64,000 nucleotides of DNA, taken from positions 35,184-99,183 of the forward strand of contig CAYTSO010000003.1 in assembly GCA_964440545.1 (NCBI GenBank), written 5' to 3'. Position 1 is the first letter of the stretch; every line of letters begins with the position of its first letter. The stretch is from an uncultured Candidatus Saccharibacteria bacterium. GTDB taxonomy: Bacteria > Patescibacteriota > Minisyncoccia > Phycocordibacterales > UBA9973. The notes beneath the pieces were generated by a model that was not told where the DNA came from, made no database searches, and saw nothing but the letters and a program-made list of their open reading frames with translations. A program made the position numbers and the translations under genes. This document shows, piece after piece, positions 36,492-46,323 of the stretch.

Positions 36492-37898
36492 TTAAAATTC
36501 ATCCAATTCTCCACCGATTTTTGACGGAGCAAATTCGCTCAAGCTACTTTTTTCAAGGTTAAGGAAGGTGGTAGTTTTTTCGTCGAAGTAGAGTTCAATT
36601 TTTCCAGTCGGACCGTTGCGGTGTTTTTCGATTAAAATTTCGGCAATGTTGGTCCTCTCAGATTCATCCTTACCCTTGTCTTCGCGGTGAATAAACATTA
36701 CTACGTCAGCGTCTTGTTCTATAGAACCTGAATCTCGAAGATCAGAAAGGCGAGGTTTGCCACCGCGGGATTCCACAGCACGAGAAAGCTGGGAGAGAGC
36801 GAGAACAGGCACATCGAGCTCCTTTGCGAGACTTTTTAGTGACCTCGAGATTTCTGTCACCTGATTTACCATTGAGTCGTAATTTTTTGAGGTAGTCATA
36901 AGTTGTAAATAGTCCACGACGACAAGGTCAAGTCCTTTTTCTGCTTTTATTCTACGAGCGAGAGCCTTCATGCGAACGATGGAATTGCCAGGTTGGTCAT
37001 CGATATAAATTTTTGCTTTAGCGAGTTTATCTAGGGAATCTCGAAGTAAAGAAAAATCACGGTCAGAAGAAAGACGGCCAGTACGCAAGTTCCAAGCATT
37101 AACACGTGATTCTGCGGAGAGCATGCGGTCAACGAGTTGTTGTGAAGACATTTCTAAAGAAAATACCAAAATAGATTTTTCATGAATTACTCCGGCCATG
37201 CGAGCGATGTCGAGGGCAAGTGTGGTTTTACCCATTGATGGTCTTGCAGCAAGAATAATCAAATCAGAATTCTGTAAACCGGAGAGCATTGTGTCTAATT
37301 CTTTGAAACCAGTCGGTAGTCCACGAAGCATCCCTTTGTTCTCATGCAATTTTTCTAAACGCTCATAAGCCTCTGGCAAGGCGTCCTTAAGGTTTACAAA
37401 TTTTTGATTTTTCGGAGAAGAAACAACGCTAAAGACTTTTTTCTCTGCTAAATCTAAAATATCATCCATGTGATCATCTCCTTCCTCAAAGGCGAGCTCG
37501 GAAACATAGTCTGCTGCTTCGATTAGACTACGAAGTACATATTTTTTTTGCACAATATCGGCATAATGTTTGACGTTCGTGGAGGAGGGAACTACATTTA
37601 CAATCTCCGCGAGATATTGATTGCCCCCTACGCTTTCGAGTAATTTTTTTTCCTTGAGTTTTGTCGACAAGGAAAGCATATCTATTGGTTCGTTTTTTAC
37701 AGAGAGGTCAAGCATTGCTTGAAAAATTTTCTTATGCTTTTCGGCATAGAAAGAATCAGGGCTGACCATGTCTTCCACTTCGTGCATAGCATCTTTTCGG
37801 AGCATAATGGATCCGAGCACGGCTTGCTCAGAAGGGATACTTTGAGGAGGAATGCGCAAATCGCTTTTTTTATAACCGCTCTTGTTTGTCTTTACCAT
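36492..37898 (-). CDS. dnaB: replicative DNA helicase DnaB
   Basis: N-terminal domain (PPQSIPSEQAVLGSIM), Walker A ARPSMGKTTLAL, Walker B VVVDYLQLM and SQLSR. Confidence 0.95.
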   Translation of the reverse strand: MVKTNKSGYKKSDLRIPPQSIPSEQAVLGSIMLRKDAMHEVEDMVSPDSFYAEKHKKIFQAMLDLSVKNEPIDMLSLSTKLKEKKLLESVGGNQYLAEIVNVVPSSTNVKHYADIVQKKYVLRSLIEAADYVSELAFEEGDDHMDDILDLAEKKVFSVVSSPKNQKFVNLKDALPEAYERLEKLHENKGMLRGLPTGFKELDTMLSGLQNSDLIILAARPSMGKTTLALDIARMAGVIHEKSILVFSLEMSSQQLVDRMLSAESRVNAWNLRTGRLSSDRDFSLLRDSLDKLAKAKIYIDDQPGNSIVRMKALARRIKAEKGLDLVVVDYLQLMTTSKNYDSMVNQVTEISRSLKSLAKELDVPVLALSQLSRAVESRGGKPRLSDLRDSGSIEQDADVVMFIHREDKGKDESERTNIAEILIEKHRNGPTGKIELYFDEKTTTFLNLEKSSLSEFAPSKIGGELDEF

Positions 37899-37991
37899 GG
37901 TGCCATTCTAGCACGAGAGAGGAATACTCCAAGTCCCCAAAATGCGCAAAATGTTATTAATATGTGGACAAATATATGCTATTATAAAGGC

Positions 37992-38942
37992 ATGTCTAAA
38001 AAGGTATTTTTATCAGGTGTTCAGCCCTCAGGCAAGCCGCATATTGGCAACTATTTCGGAGCCATGAAGCAGTTTGTTGACCTGCAGAATGAGCATGACG
38101 GCTACGTTTTTATTGCCGACTATCACGCGATGCATTCTTTGCGAAATCCGAAGGAAATGAATGAAAATATAAAGGGTGTTTTGCTTGATTATTTAGCGAT
38201 AGGCCTTGATCCCAAGAAAGTAACTTTTTTTAAACAAAGCGACATTTCTGAACACACCGAGCTTGCCTGGATTTTCGATACCATTACCACTATGCCTTTT
38301 TTGATGCGCGCGCATGCTTTTAAGGACGCGCAGGCAAAAAATAAGGAAATAGACGTTGGTACTTTTAATTATCCAGTTTTAATGGCAGCGGATATTTTGC
38401 TCTATGGCCCGGACATGGTGCCGGTTGGTGCGGACCAAAAACAACACGTAGAAATTGCTCGCGACATCGCTATTAAATTTAATAACCAATATGGAGAGAC
38501 TTTCAAATTGCCAGAGCCAATGATTCTAAAAGATGTAGCAGTTGTTCCGGGGACTGACGGCAGAAAGATGAGCAAGAGTTATGGGAATATTATCCCGCTT
38601 TTTGCTGAATACGAGGAAATAAAAAAATGCGTGATGAGCATAGTCACGGATTCGAGTGGGGGAATTCCGCAAAATGTTTACGCTATTCATAAGCTTTTCC
38701 GCACAGAAGAAGAACTTAAAAAAATCTATGAAGAGAAGGCAGGGAAGTACAAGGAGCTTAAAGAATTGTTGATAGAAGACATCGAGAAATTTATTGCGCC
38801 ACTTCGTGAGAAGAGAAAAGAATTTGAAAAAGATATTCCGAAAGCGCTTGCGATACTCAAAGAAGGAGGCGAAAAAGCAAAAAAAGTAGCTACGAGGAAA
38901 ATGGAAGAAATTAGAGAGAAGGTTGGAGTGAAGGTATATTAA
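37992..38942 (+). CDS. trpS: tryptophan--tRNA ligase (start at internal ATG of track ORF 37719..38942)
   Basis: VFLSGVQPSGKPHIGNYFGA (HIGH), GADQKQH and KMSKS. The upstream part of the track ORF overlaps dnaB on the opposite strand and is an artefactual extension. Confidence 0.9.
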   Translation: MSKKVFLSGVQPSGKPHIGNYFGAMKQFVDLQNEHDGYVFIADYHAMHSLRNPKEMNENIKGVLLDYLAIGLDPKKVTFFKQSDISEHTELAWIFDTITTMPFLMRAHAFKDAQAKNKEIDVGTFNYPVLMAADILLYGPDMVPVGADQKQHVEIARDIAIKFNNQYGETFKLPEPMILKDVAVVPGTDGRKMSKSYGNIIPLFAEYEEIKKCVMSIVTDSSGGIPQNVYAIHKLFRTEEELKKIYEEKAGKYKELKELLIEDIEKFIAPLREKRKEFEKDIPKALAILKEGGEKAKKVATRKMEEIREKVGVKVY

Positions 38943-38962
38943 AACTAAAACCGATATCAAAA

Positions 38963-40312
38963 ATGCAAAATAGAACATTTATTAAAAATTTAAAAGAAAA
39001 CATTGGTAAGGAAACGACTATCGCTGGTTGGGTGGATGTAAGGCGTGATCAAGGGAAAATGATATTTTTTGATATTCGAGATATGACTGGCAGAGTGCAG
39101 TGTGTTGTTCTGCCGAATCACGCAGAAGCGATAGAAAAAGCCAAAGAAATTCGCTCTGAATGGGTTTTGAAAATTACAGGTCTCGTGAATAAACGTCCAG
39201 AAAAGAATATCAAAGCTGGGATTTTGAATGGGGATATTGAAATAGAAATACTTTCGGTTGAAATTTTATCAGAAGCTGCTCCCTTGCCATTTGATATGTC
39301 TTTGGAGGGATATAATCTTGAACTTACCACCGAACTAGACAATCGTTCGCTGGTTTTAAGACAGCCGAAGATCCAAGCAGTTTTCAAGGTGCAAGAAACG
39401 ATTATTGACTCATTTAGAGAATTTATGAAGGAAAATATGTTTTTTGAATTTCAGGCACCAGCTATCACCCCAGCGACAGCAGAGGGCGGAGCAGAAGTTT
39501 TTAAAATTGATTACTTTGATAAAAAGGCGTACCTCACTCAATCACCACAACTTTATAAACAAATAGTAATGTCTGCCTTCGAGAGATGTTTTTCAATAAA
39601 TAAAGTTTTTCGCGCGGAACCGTCTTCTACCACAAGGCACCTTACAGAAATTGTCTCACTTGATGCGGAAATGGGATTTATTGATTCTTGGAGGGACGTG
39701 CGAGATATGGCGGAAGAAACCATTAGATATATTTTAAAACAAATAGAAATAAAAAATGTTGAACATCTTAAGTTATTGAATGTTGAACTTCCCAAAATGA
39801 TAGAAAAAACGCCAACTCTCTCTCTGAGAGAAGTTCAACAGAAGATTTTTGAAAATTCAGGACGGGATGTTCGTGGTGAAAAAGATACAAATCCAGAAGA
39901 CGAGAGAGAAATCTGTGAAATTATCAAAAAAGAAACTGATTCTGATTTTGTCTTTGTTTATGGTTATCCGACTCGTAAAAAACCATTCTATGTTTATCCG
40001 AACCCAGAAGAACCGGAATACAACGAAGGAGTAGATCTTTTGTGCCGCGGAGTAGAGTGGATGTCTGGTGGACGAAGAGTGAATGATTACAGGCAGCTCA
40101 TGGAGCATGTGAAAATCTGGAAGATGGATCCAAATAAGATAAAAATGTTTTTAGAGGCTTTCAAGTATGGAGTCCCCCCCGAAGGAGGTTTTGCGTTTGG
40201 GGCAGAACGTTTAACTATGCAAATATTGGAATTGAAAAATGTTCGCGAGGCCTCAATGTTTCCACGAGACATGAATAGAATCGACGAGAGACTGAGTGAG
40301 GAGGGATATTAA
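38963..40312 (+). CDS. aspS: aspartate--tRNA ligase, archaeal/eukaryotic-type class IIb (probably non-discriminating)
   Basis: N-terminal OB fold, LTQSPQLYKQ (AspRS-type QSPQ), FRAEPSSTTRHL (motif 2) and GGFAFGAERL (motif 3). 449 aa. Confidence 0.7.
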   Translation: MQNRTFIKNLKENIGKETTIAGWVDVRRDQGKMIFFDIRDMTGRVQCVVLPNHAEAIEKAKEIRSEWVLKITGLVNKRPEKNIKAGILNGDIEIEILSVEILSEAAPLPFDMSLEGYNLELTTELDNRSLVLRQPKIQAVFKVQETIIDSFREFMKENMFFEFQAPAITPATAEGGAEVFKIDYFDKKAYLTQSPQLYKQIVMSAFERCFSINKVFRAEPSSTTRHLTEIVSLDAEMGFIDSWRDVRDMAEETIRYILKQIEIKNVEHLKLLNVELPKMIEKTPTLSLREVQQKIFENSGRDVRGEKDTNPEDEREICEIIKKETDSDFVFVYGYPTRKKPFYVYPNPEEPEYNEGVDLLCRGVEWMSGGRRVNDYRQLMEHVKIWKMDPNKIKMFLEAFKYGVPPEGGFAFGAERLTMQILELKNVREASMFPRDMNRIDERLSEEGY

Positions 40313-40317
40313 TTCTT

Positions 40318-41700
40318 ATGAAAATAAGCTTCAAAAAACCAAATACTGAAAATGATATTTTGTTTGTAAATATCGGCTCAAAAAACAAGGACGAGATTGT
40401 AAAGGAGGCTGAGAAGAAAACTCTTTATTTGAAATGCGACGAGAAAGACAAAATGAATTTAAGAAAATTGTTTTTGCTTGTTCGTAAAATGATTGCTCTT
40501 GCCAAAAGTATTAGAATAAAAAAAATTATTTTTGACCTTAACGATTTTAATTTTAAAAATCTAAAATTAGAAGACGAAGAACTGGGGGAAATCATTGGCA
40601 CACAGCTTGATTTTGCCAATTACGAATTTAACGTTTATAAAACTCCATCAGAAGATGGTTTTACTCTACTCGACGAGATTGTTATTACGGGCGCAAATAA
40701 AATTGCGGAGAGAGCAATTCTTAAAGGACATATTATTGCGGACGAGGTAAATAAAACTAGAACTCTTTCCAATACTCCCGGGGGTGACATGACTCCAAAA
40801 ATTCTAGCAGAAAAAGCGAAAGAAACGGTAAGGGGTTTGCAAGTAAAAGTTTCTGTTTTAGGAGAAAAAGAAATGGAAAAACAAAATATGCAGGCAATTC
40901 TTTCTGTGGGACGGGGATCAGAAGAAGAATCAAAATTTATTATTATGGAATATCCCGGAGGCAAAAAAAGTGAAAAGCCAATCGTACTTGTGGGCAAAGG
41001 AGTAACTTTTGATTCTGGTGGAATAAACTTGAAACCCTCTTCTTCGCTTACTGGAATGAATCTAGATATGTCGGGTGGCGCGGCGGTTATTCACACCATT
41101 GCGCTCGCGGCAAAAATGAAACTAAAGAAAAATATTGTCGCGCTTGTTCCGGCAGTTGAAAATATGCCCTCTGGAAAAAGCTATCGGCCTGGAGATGTTG
41201 TGCGTTCGATGTCAGGAAAAACAATTGAAATATTAAATACTGATGCGGAAGGAAGAGTAATTTTAGCTGATGCCTTAACCTATGCGCAAAAGTATAAGCC
41301 AGAGCTTGTGGTAGATGTTGCAACGTTAACTGGCGCTGCACTTGTGGCTCTCGGCGAGAGAATGTCTGCACTTCTAACCGATGACGATAAATTAGCAAAA
41401 GATTTAGAAAAAGCAGGAGAGATCACTGGGGATTATGTTTGGCGATTACCGCTTTGGGAAGAATATGAAAATGAAATAAAAGGCTCACTTGGAGATATTT
41501 CCAATGTGCACAACAAAGATTCTCGTTACGGGGGAGTAATTTATGGAGCGATTTTCCTTCAGCAATTTATAAAAGGTTATAAATGGGCACATATTGATAT
41601 GGCACCCCGTATGACGGCTATGGCAGGGGAATATTTAACTACTGGAGCCGTCGGAGCACCAGTACGACTTTTGTATAAGTTTATTGAAAAATATGAATAA
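40318..41700 (+). CDS. pepA: leucyl aminopeptidase (M17)
   Basis: NTDAEGRVILADALTYA signature, VGKGVTFDSGG. Confidence 0.9.
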   Translation: MKISFKKPNTENDILFVNIGSKNKDEIVKEAEKKTLYLKCDEKDKMNLRKLFLLVRKMIALAKSIRIKKIIFDLNDFNFKNLKLEDEELGEIIGTQLDFANYEFNVYKTPSEDGFTLLDEIVITGANKIAERAILKGHIIADEVNKTRTLSNTPGGDMTPKILAEKAKETVRGLQVKVSVLGEKEMEKQNMQAILSVGRGSEEESKFIIMEYPGGKKSEKPIVLVGKGVTFDSGGINLKPSSSLTGMNLDMSGGAAVIHTIALAAKMKLKKNIVALVPAVENMPSGKSYRPGDVVRSMSGKTIEILNTDAEGRVILADALTYAQKYKPELVVDVATLTGAALVALGERMSALLTDDDKLAKDLEKAGEITGDYVWRLPLWEEYENEIKGSLGDISNVHNKDSRYGGVIYGAIFLQQFIKGYKWAHIDMAPRMTAMAGEYLTTGAVGAPVRLLYKFIEKYE

Positions 41701-41965
41701 AGAGGAAATTGACATTTTAAAGAAGCTCGAAGATTTAACCGCAAGGTTGAACCAACTGTTCGGTGAAAAGGGTAGAAATGTTTTCGGCAGATATCCATTA
41801 CTTTTCGCGCTTCTAATTGTTTTCGGCGTGACCATGGTAACGCAGGGAATAAAAGATTTCTTGGAACAAATTTCTTTTTTTCACAATAATCCATTTGTAA
41901 TGATCCTACTTGGCTTGATTATTTTAATAATAACCGGAACTTTGTATAAAAAGTTAGCCAAATAA
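41693..41965 (+). CDS. small membrane protein
   Basis: ATG at 41693 overlapping the pepA stop. About 90 aa with two hydrophobic helices. Confidence 0.35.
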   Translation: MNKEEIDILKKLEDLTARLNQLFGEKGRNVFGRYPLLFALLIVFGVTMVTQGIKDFLEQISFFHNNPFVMILLGLIILIITGTLYKKLAK

Positions 41966-41966
41966 A

Positions 41967-42710
41967 ATGGAAACAAAAGATTTTCAAATAAAGACAATAA
42001 ATTTTGAAGGGCCGTTCAAGCTACTTCTAGATTTGATAGAAAAAAGAAAACTTCACATAAATGATGTTTCGTTGGCGCAAGTTACTGAAGATTACCTAGC
42101 GTACATGAATAAACTAGGCGGACTTCCTCCAGTAGAAGTCTCGAGCTTTATTCTTGTCGCTTCTACCTTGCTTTTAATCAAATCGAAATCGCTTTTACCT
42201 AATCTTGACCTTACTTCCGAGGAAGAGGGAGATATTCGTAACTTAGAAGAAAGATTGCGCTTGTACGAAATCTTTACCAAACTTTCCGGCAATATAAAAA
42301 AAGATTTTGGAAAAAGGATAATTTTTGCTCCACTCGAAAGGAAGAATGATTTTCTGGTGTTTCTGCCGGATGAACAAATTACGAGGGAATCGATGATGAC
42401 CTTCGCAAGAAATGTTCTGGGTGCAATGCCGAAAAAGGTATTTCTGCCAGAGGTGGAAGTACGAACAGTGATAAGCATCGAAGAGATGATAGATAAATTG
42501 ACCGACAGAATACAAAATTCTCTTAAAATGAACTTTAAAGAGTTTGCTGGAAAAGCTGAAACGAAAGAAGAAAGAGTGGTTGTAATTGTTGGATTTCTTG
42601 CTATGCTTGAACTTGTGAGACAGGGTATCATGAGTGCAACACAAAATGAGAATTTTCAAGATATTATTATAGAAAAAACAGAAGTAACGGTGGAGACATA
42701 TGGAGAATAA
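41967..42710 (+). CDS. scpA: segregation and condensation protein A
   Basis: FEGPFKLLLDLIEKRKLHINDVSLAQV...LLIKSKSLLP. Confidence 0.85.
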   Translation: METKDFQIKTINFEGPFKLLLDLIEKRKLHINDVSLAQVTEDYLAYMNKLGGLPPVEVSSFILVASTLLLIKSKSLLPNLDLTSEEEGDIRNLEERLRLYEIFTKLSGNIKKDFGKRIIFAPLERKNDFLVFLPDEQITRESMMTFARNVLGAMPKKVFLPEVEVRTVISIEEMIDKLTDRIQNSLKMNFKEFAGKAETKEERVVVIVGFLAMLELVRQGIMSATQNENFQDIIIEKTEVTVETYGE

Positions 42711-43260
42711 TTTAGAATCAAAAATAGAAGCAATACTTTTTTTCAAAGGTGAACCAGTTTCTCGTAAAAAACTTGCAGATATTTTGAAAGTGGGCCAAAC
42801 AGAAATTAATGAAGGCATAAAAAAGCTGAAAGAAAATTTACAGAATAGGGGAGTTGTTCTTCTCGAAAATGATAATGAAATTACTCTTGGCACGGCCCCA
42901 GAGCTTTCTAAACTTATTGAGCATTTACAAAAAGAGGAATTAAGCAGAGAGCTTTCGAAGGCTAGTTTGGAAACCTTGTCTATCGTTCTTTATAAAAACG
43001 GGGTTTCCAGGGTGGAGATAGACTATATTAGGGGAGTAAACTCAAGCTTTACCCTGCGCGCTTTGTCTGTCCGTGGTTTAGTTGAGAAAACGATCGACAA
43101 AAAAGACAGCCGAAGATATATTTATAGACCAAGTTTTGAATTACTTTCTTACATGGGAGTGAAATCGGTGGAAGAGTTGCCTGATTGGAGTGAATTGAAC
43201 AATTCCATGCAGGAAGCTGCAAAAAATCTGGGGGATGAACTTAAAGACACTCAGGATTGA
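42700..43260 (+). CDS. scpB: segregation and condensation protein B
   Basis: IEAILFFKGEPVSRKKLADIL...TLSIVLYKNGVSRVEIDYIRGVNSSFTLRAL. Confidence 0.8.
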   Translation: MENNLESKIEAILFFKGEPVSRKKLADILKVGQTEINEGIKKLKENLQNRGVVLLENDNEITLGTAPELSKLIEHLQKEELSRELSKASLETLSIVLYKNGVSRVEIDYIRGVNSSFTLRALSVRGLVEKTIDKKDSRRYIYRPSFELLSYMGVKSVEELPDWSELNNSMQEAAKNLGDELKDTQD

Positions 43261-44083
43261 TACCGAAGACGTAGTCGTTGATTAGATTTAATTCAGGCAC
43301 ATACTGATCTCCCATAAAACCATTTATATCTCCTTCTTTAACTAATTTTTTATATTCCTCCGTGAAAGTTTTCGCGAGAGGTAAATATGACCAGTGCCAT
43401 TTTTCTTCGTAATATCCCGTGGGGCGAGATTGTCCCTTCAGTGTGTACGGTTGACAGAAGCCAAAGAGGGGAGCGTTGACAACCAACCAAGCATATTCTT
43501 TTTGTCCTATTTCTGTTTTGAAATATTGAGGATTTGAATTGTTGATATCAATATCAGTACCCCAGTGATGGCGAGAGGTACCTGGGACAGCGCTATATTC
43601 CAATATTTTTTTGAATCTTTCTAATTCATCTGGCTGGCTTTTTGTTAAGTCTTTGCCTCCAACAAGAATGTAGCCAGTCCACTTCTTCTCCCAAATAATT
43701 TTTTGATTTTCAAAATTTCTGGTAGCTGAAGCAATTTTTAACTCAACCCCATCCATTTTTGCTGTTTCTGCCATTTGCAGAAAAGCCTCAAGAGTTTCTT
43801 TTCTTAAATAAGTTTGATATCCGCTTACATTGTGTTCGTTAGGTATCAAGACAAAATCTTTTTTTAGGGCTGGGTCAAATTTGCCCATTAAATAAATTTT
43901 TTTCTCAGCATTTTCTATGGCCTTCTGTTCGGCTAAAATTTTTTGACGAATTAGCTCACCCTCTTTTTTTATTTCTAAATCTAGAAGGGAAGAGGTGACA
44001 ACGGGAATTAAAAAAAGAATAAGTACCACTATCGGTAATATGCGTTTTGAGTCAAATTTATCCATTAAAAGAAACAATAACAC
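43241..44083 (-). CDS. M15-family D-Ala-D-Ala carboxypeptidase-like peptidase (VanY-like), membrane-anchored
   Basis: N-terminal TM helix. SRHHWGTDIDI matches the M15 S-x-H-x-x-G-x-D zinc-binding motif. A His-Trp later may be the third ligand. Confidence 0.6.
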   Translation of the reverse strand: MLLFLLMDKFDSKRILPIVVLILFLIPVVTSSLLDLEIKKEGELIRQKILAEQKAIENAEKKIYLMGKFDPALKKDFVLIPNEHNVSGYQTYLRKETLEAFLQMAETAKMDGVELKIASATRNFENQKIIWEKKWTGYILVGGKDLTKSQPDELERFKKILEYSAVPGTSRHHWGTDIDINNSNPQYFKTEIGQKEYAWLVVNAPLFGFCQPYTLKGQSRPTGYYEEKWHWSYLPLAKTFTEEYKKLVKEGDINGFMGDQYVPELNLINDYVFGINPECL

Positions 44084-44113
44084 GAGAAGTCCTTTTTAAC
44101 AAAAAACAAACAC

Positions 44114-45205
44114 TTGTTTATGATCCCTGCTTGTTGTTATAATGATTTTATGCTTATAAATTTAATTAAGATTTCAATACCCACAACTTTTGCCTTTTTT
44201 TTGGCTTTATTTCTTACACCAATTGCTACTCACTTTTTTTACAAATATAAAATGTGGAAGAAATATTCTAGAAATAATGCTACTAGCGCGACGGATTTTC
44301 ACAAGATTCATAACGAACAGGAAGAATTAAAAACTCCTCGAGTAGGTGGAATTATAATTTGGGTTTCTGCCTTGCTTGCCACTCTTGTTTTTTATCTTGT
44401 GTCTGTTATTTTCCCGACGGAAGATACAATTAAAATGAATTTTTTAAGCAGAAATCAAACCCTGATTCCATTGGCCACTCTTATTCTCGGATCACTAATT
44501 GGACTTTGGGACGATCTGCTCCAAATTTTTGGGCAAGGAAAATGCGCTCAAGACGACAGCTCCTGGCGTAAGTGGAAGGCTCTTTTGATAACAACAATTT
44601 CCTTGTCTATTGGTCTTTGGTTTTATTATAAATTAGGAATGGTCGCCATTCATGTTCCTTTCGGAGGGGAAATTTATTTAGGTATTCTTATTATTCCATT
44701 TTTCGTAATAATAGCTCTGGCCACTTTTTCTGGCGGAGTAATTGACGGGATAGATGGATTAGCCGGCGGAGTGATGGCCTGCATTTTCGCTGCCTATTCG
44801 GTAATTGCTTTTGCTAATAATCAAATTGACCTTGCCGCCTTTTCAGGTGTGGTTGCCGGAGTAACCCTTGCTTTTCTTTGGTTTAATATTCCACCAGCTA
44901 GGTTTTACATGGGGGAAACAGGAATTATGGGACTTACTGTCACTCTTGCCACTATCGCTTTTTTGACTGATTCTGTTTTAATTCTTCCGGTCATTGCTTT
45001 GCCCCTAGTTGTCACCTCTGGTTCAGTTATTTTACAACTTCTTTCAAAAAAGTTTAGAGACGGAAAAAGGATATTTAAATTAGCGCCCTTGCATCATCAT
45101 TTTGAAGCAATTGGCTGGCCTCCCTATAAGGTAACAATGCGTTTCTGGGTTCTTTCAATTATCTTTGCTGTCATTGGCATAATTTTAGTAGTTATTAGTA
45201 GGTAG
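44114..45205 (+). CDS. mraY: phospho-N-acetylmuramoyl-pentapeptide transferase MraY
   Basis: KTPRVGG, DGIDGLAGG and C-terminal LHHHFEAIGW motifs. Ten-TM profile. Confidence 0.85.
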   Translation: MFMIPACCYNDFMLINLIKISIPTTFAFFLALFLTPIATHFFYKYKMWKKYSRNNATSATDFHKIHNEQEELKTPRVGGIIIWVSALLATLVFYLVSVIFPTEDTIKMNFLSRNQTLIPLATLILGSLIGLWDDLLQIFGQGKCAQDDSSWRKWKALLITTISLSIGLWFYYKLGMVAIHVPFGGEIYLGILIIPFFVIIALATFSGGVIDGIDGLAGGVMACIFAAYSVIAFANNQIDLAAFSGVVAGVTLAFLWFNIPPARFYMGETGIMGLTVTLATIAFLTDSVLILPVIALPLVVTSGSVILQLLSKKFRDGKRIFKLAPLHHHFEAIGWPPYKVTMRFWVLSIIFAVIGIILVVISR

Positions 45206-45217
45206 AATTAAAACAGA

Positions 45218-46315
45218 ATGAAGAAGGGAAAAGTAGATAAATTTTTTTTAGTGATTGCATCTCTTCTGATTGTTTTGGGAACTGCGATGTTTATTTCTGC
45301 CTCCTTGGGAGTTTTGGCAAGAAGCGAAAAAACATTTTATGCTATCCTTTTTAGTCAGCTTGCCCAGGGTCTCGGTTTGGGATTTTTGGGGATGTTTGTT
45401 TGCTTAAAAATAAATTATAAATTTTGGCGTAATTATTCTTTTTTAATTTTTATTGGCTCGATCCTTTTGACGGCGGCAGTATTTATTCCATCCCTTGGTT
45501 GGAGTCACGGAGGAGCCAGAAGGTGGCTGGAAATAGGCCCTATTTCTTTTCAGCCCGTAGAGTTTTTAAAATTTGGTTTTATAATTTATCTTGCAGCCTG
45601 GTTGTCCTGGGTAAAACACAAAGTTCAGGATTTTAGGTTCGGTATTTTACCGCTTAGTATAATGCTCGCAGTTATTGCCGTCATTTTATTTAAACAGCCC
45701 GATACAAAAAGTTTCATTTTAATCGCGATTACCGGAACATCGATGCTTTTTGTTTCTAACGCTACTGTTAAGTATATATTGGGCGTAGTTTTGGGATTAA
45801 CTTTTTTACTCGGAACACTCGTTTATTTTACACCTTATTTACAAGAACGAGTTAAAACTTTCATTAATCCAGCACAAGATTCGCTTGGGTCTTCTTATCA
45901 AATTCAGCAATCACTTATCGCTCTCGGTTCGGGAGGTGTTTTTGGAAGAGGTTATGGCCAAAGTGTCCAAAAGTTCAGCTATCTTCCAGAACCGCAAGGA
46001 GATTCTATTTTTGCCGTTCTTGGAGAGGAGTTGGGTTTCGTGGGTACTTTTGTGACAATTCTTCTCTACCTGCTTTTCATGATGCGTGGTTTTCGTATTG
46101 CTAATCGGTCCCCGGATCTTTTCAGTGGACTTTTGGTCTATGGAATTGTTATACTCATTACAGTGCAGTCATTTATGCACATTGCTTCAGTGATTGGGGT
46201 TTTTCCCTTAACAGGAGTCCCACTAGTTTTCATGAGTCAAGGAGGTACCTCGCTTATGATGTACCTTATAGCGGTAGGTATTGTACTTAATATTTCAAGA
46301 TTTCAAAGGAATTAA
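45218..46315 (+). CDS. ftsW: SEDS-family peptidoglycan glycosyltransferase FtsW/RodA
   Basis: Polytopic protein with SFQPVEFLK and SQGGTSL motifs. Confidence 0.85.
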   Translation: MKKGKVDKFFLVIASLLIVLGTAMFISASLGVLARSEKTFYAILFSQLAQGLGLGFLGMFVCLKINYKFWRNYSFLIFIGSILLTAAVFIPSLGWSHGGARRWLEIGPISFQPVEFLKFGFIIYLAAWLSWVKHKVQDFRFGILPLSIMLAVIAVILFKQPDTKSFILIAITGTSMLFVSNATVKYILGVVLGLTFLLGTLVYFTPYLQERVKTFINPAQDSLGSSYQIQQSLIALGSGGVFGRGYGQSVQKFSYLPEPQGDSIFAVLGEELGFVGTFVTILLYLLFMMRGFRIANRSPDLFSGLLVYGIVILITVQSFMHIASVIGVFPLTGVPLVFMSQGGTSLMMYLIAVGIVLNISRFQRN

Positions 46316-46323
46316 ATTAATTT

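Noticed and set aside
37719-37991. N-terminal 91 codons of track ORF 37719..38942
   Set aside because: They overlap the dnaB start on the opposite strand. The TrpRS HIGH motif begins just after the internal ATG at 37992.
42092-42893. Two long minus-strand ORFs (179 and 216 aa) antisense to scpA/scpB
   Set aside because: Antisense to well-supported genes. Products are low-complexity, Ser/Phe-rich.
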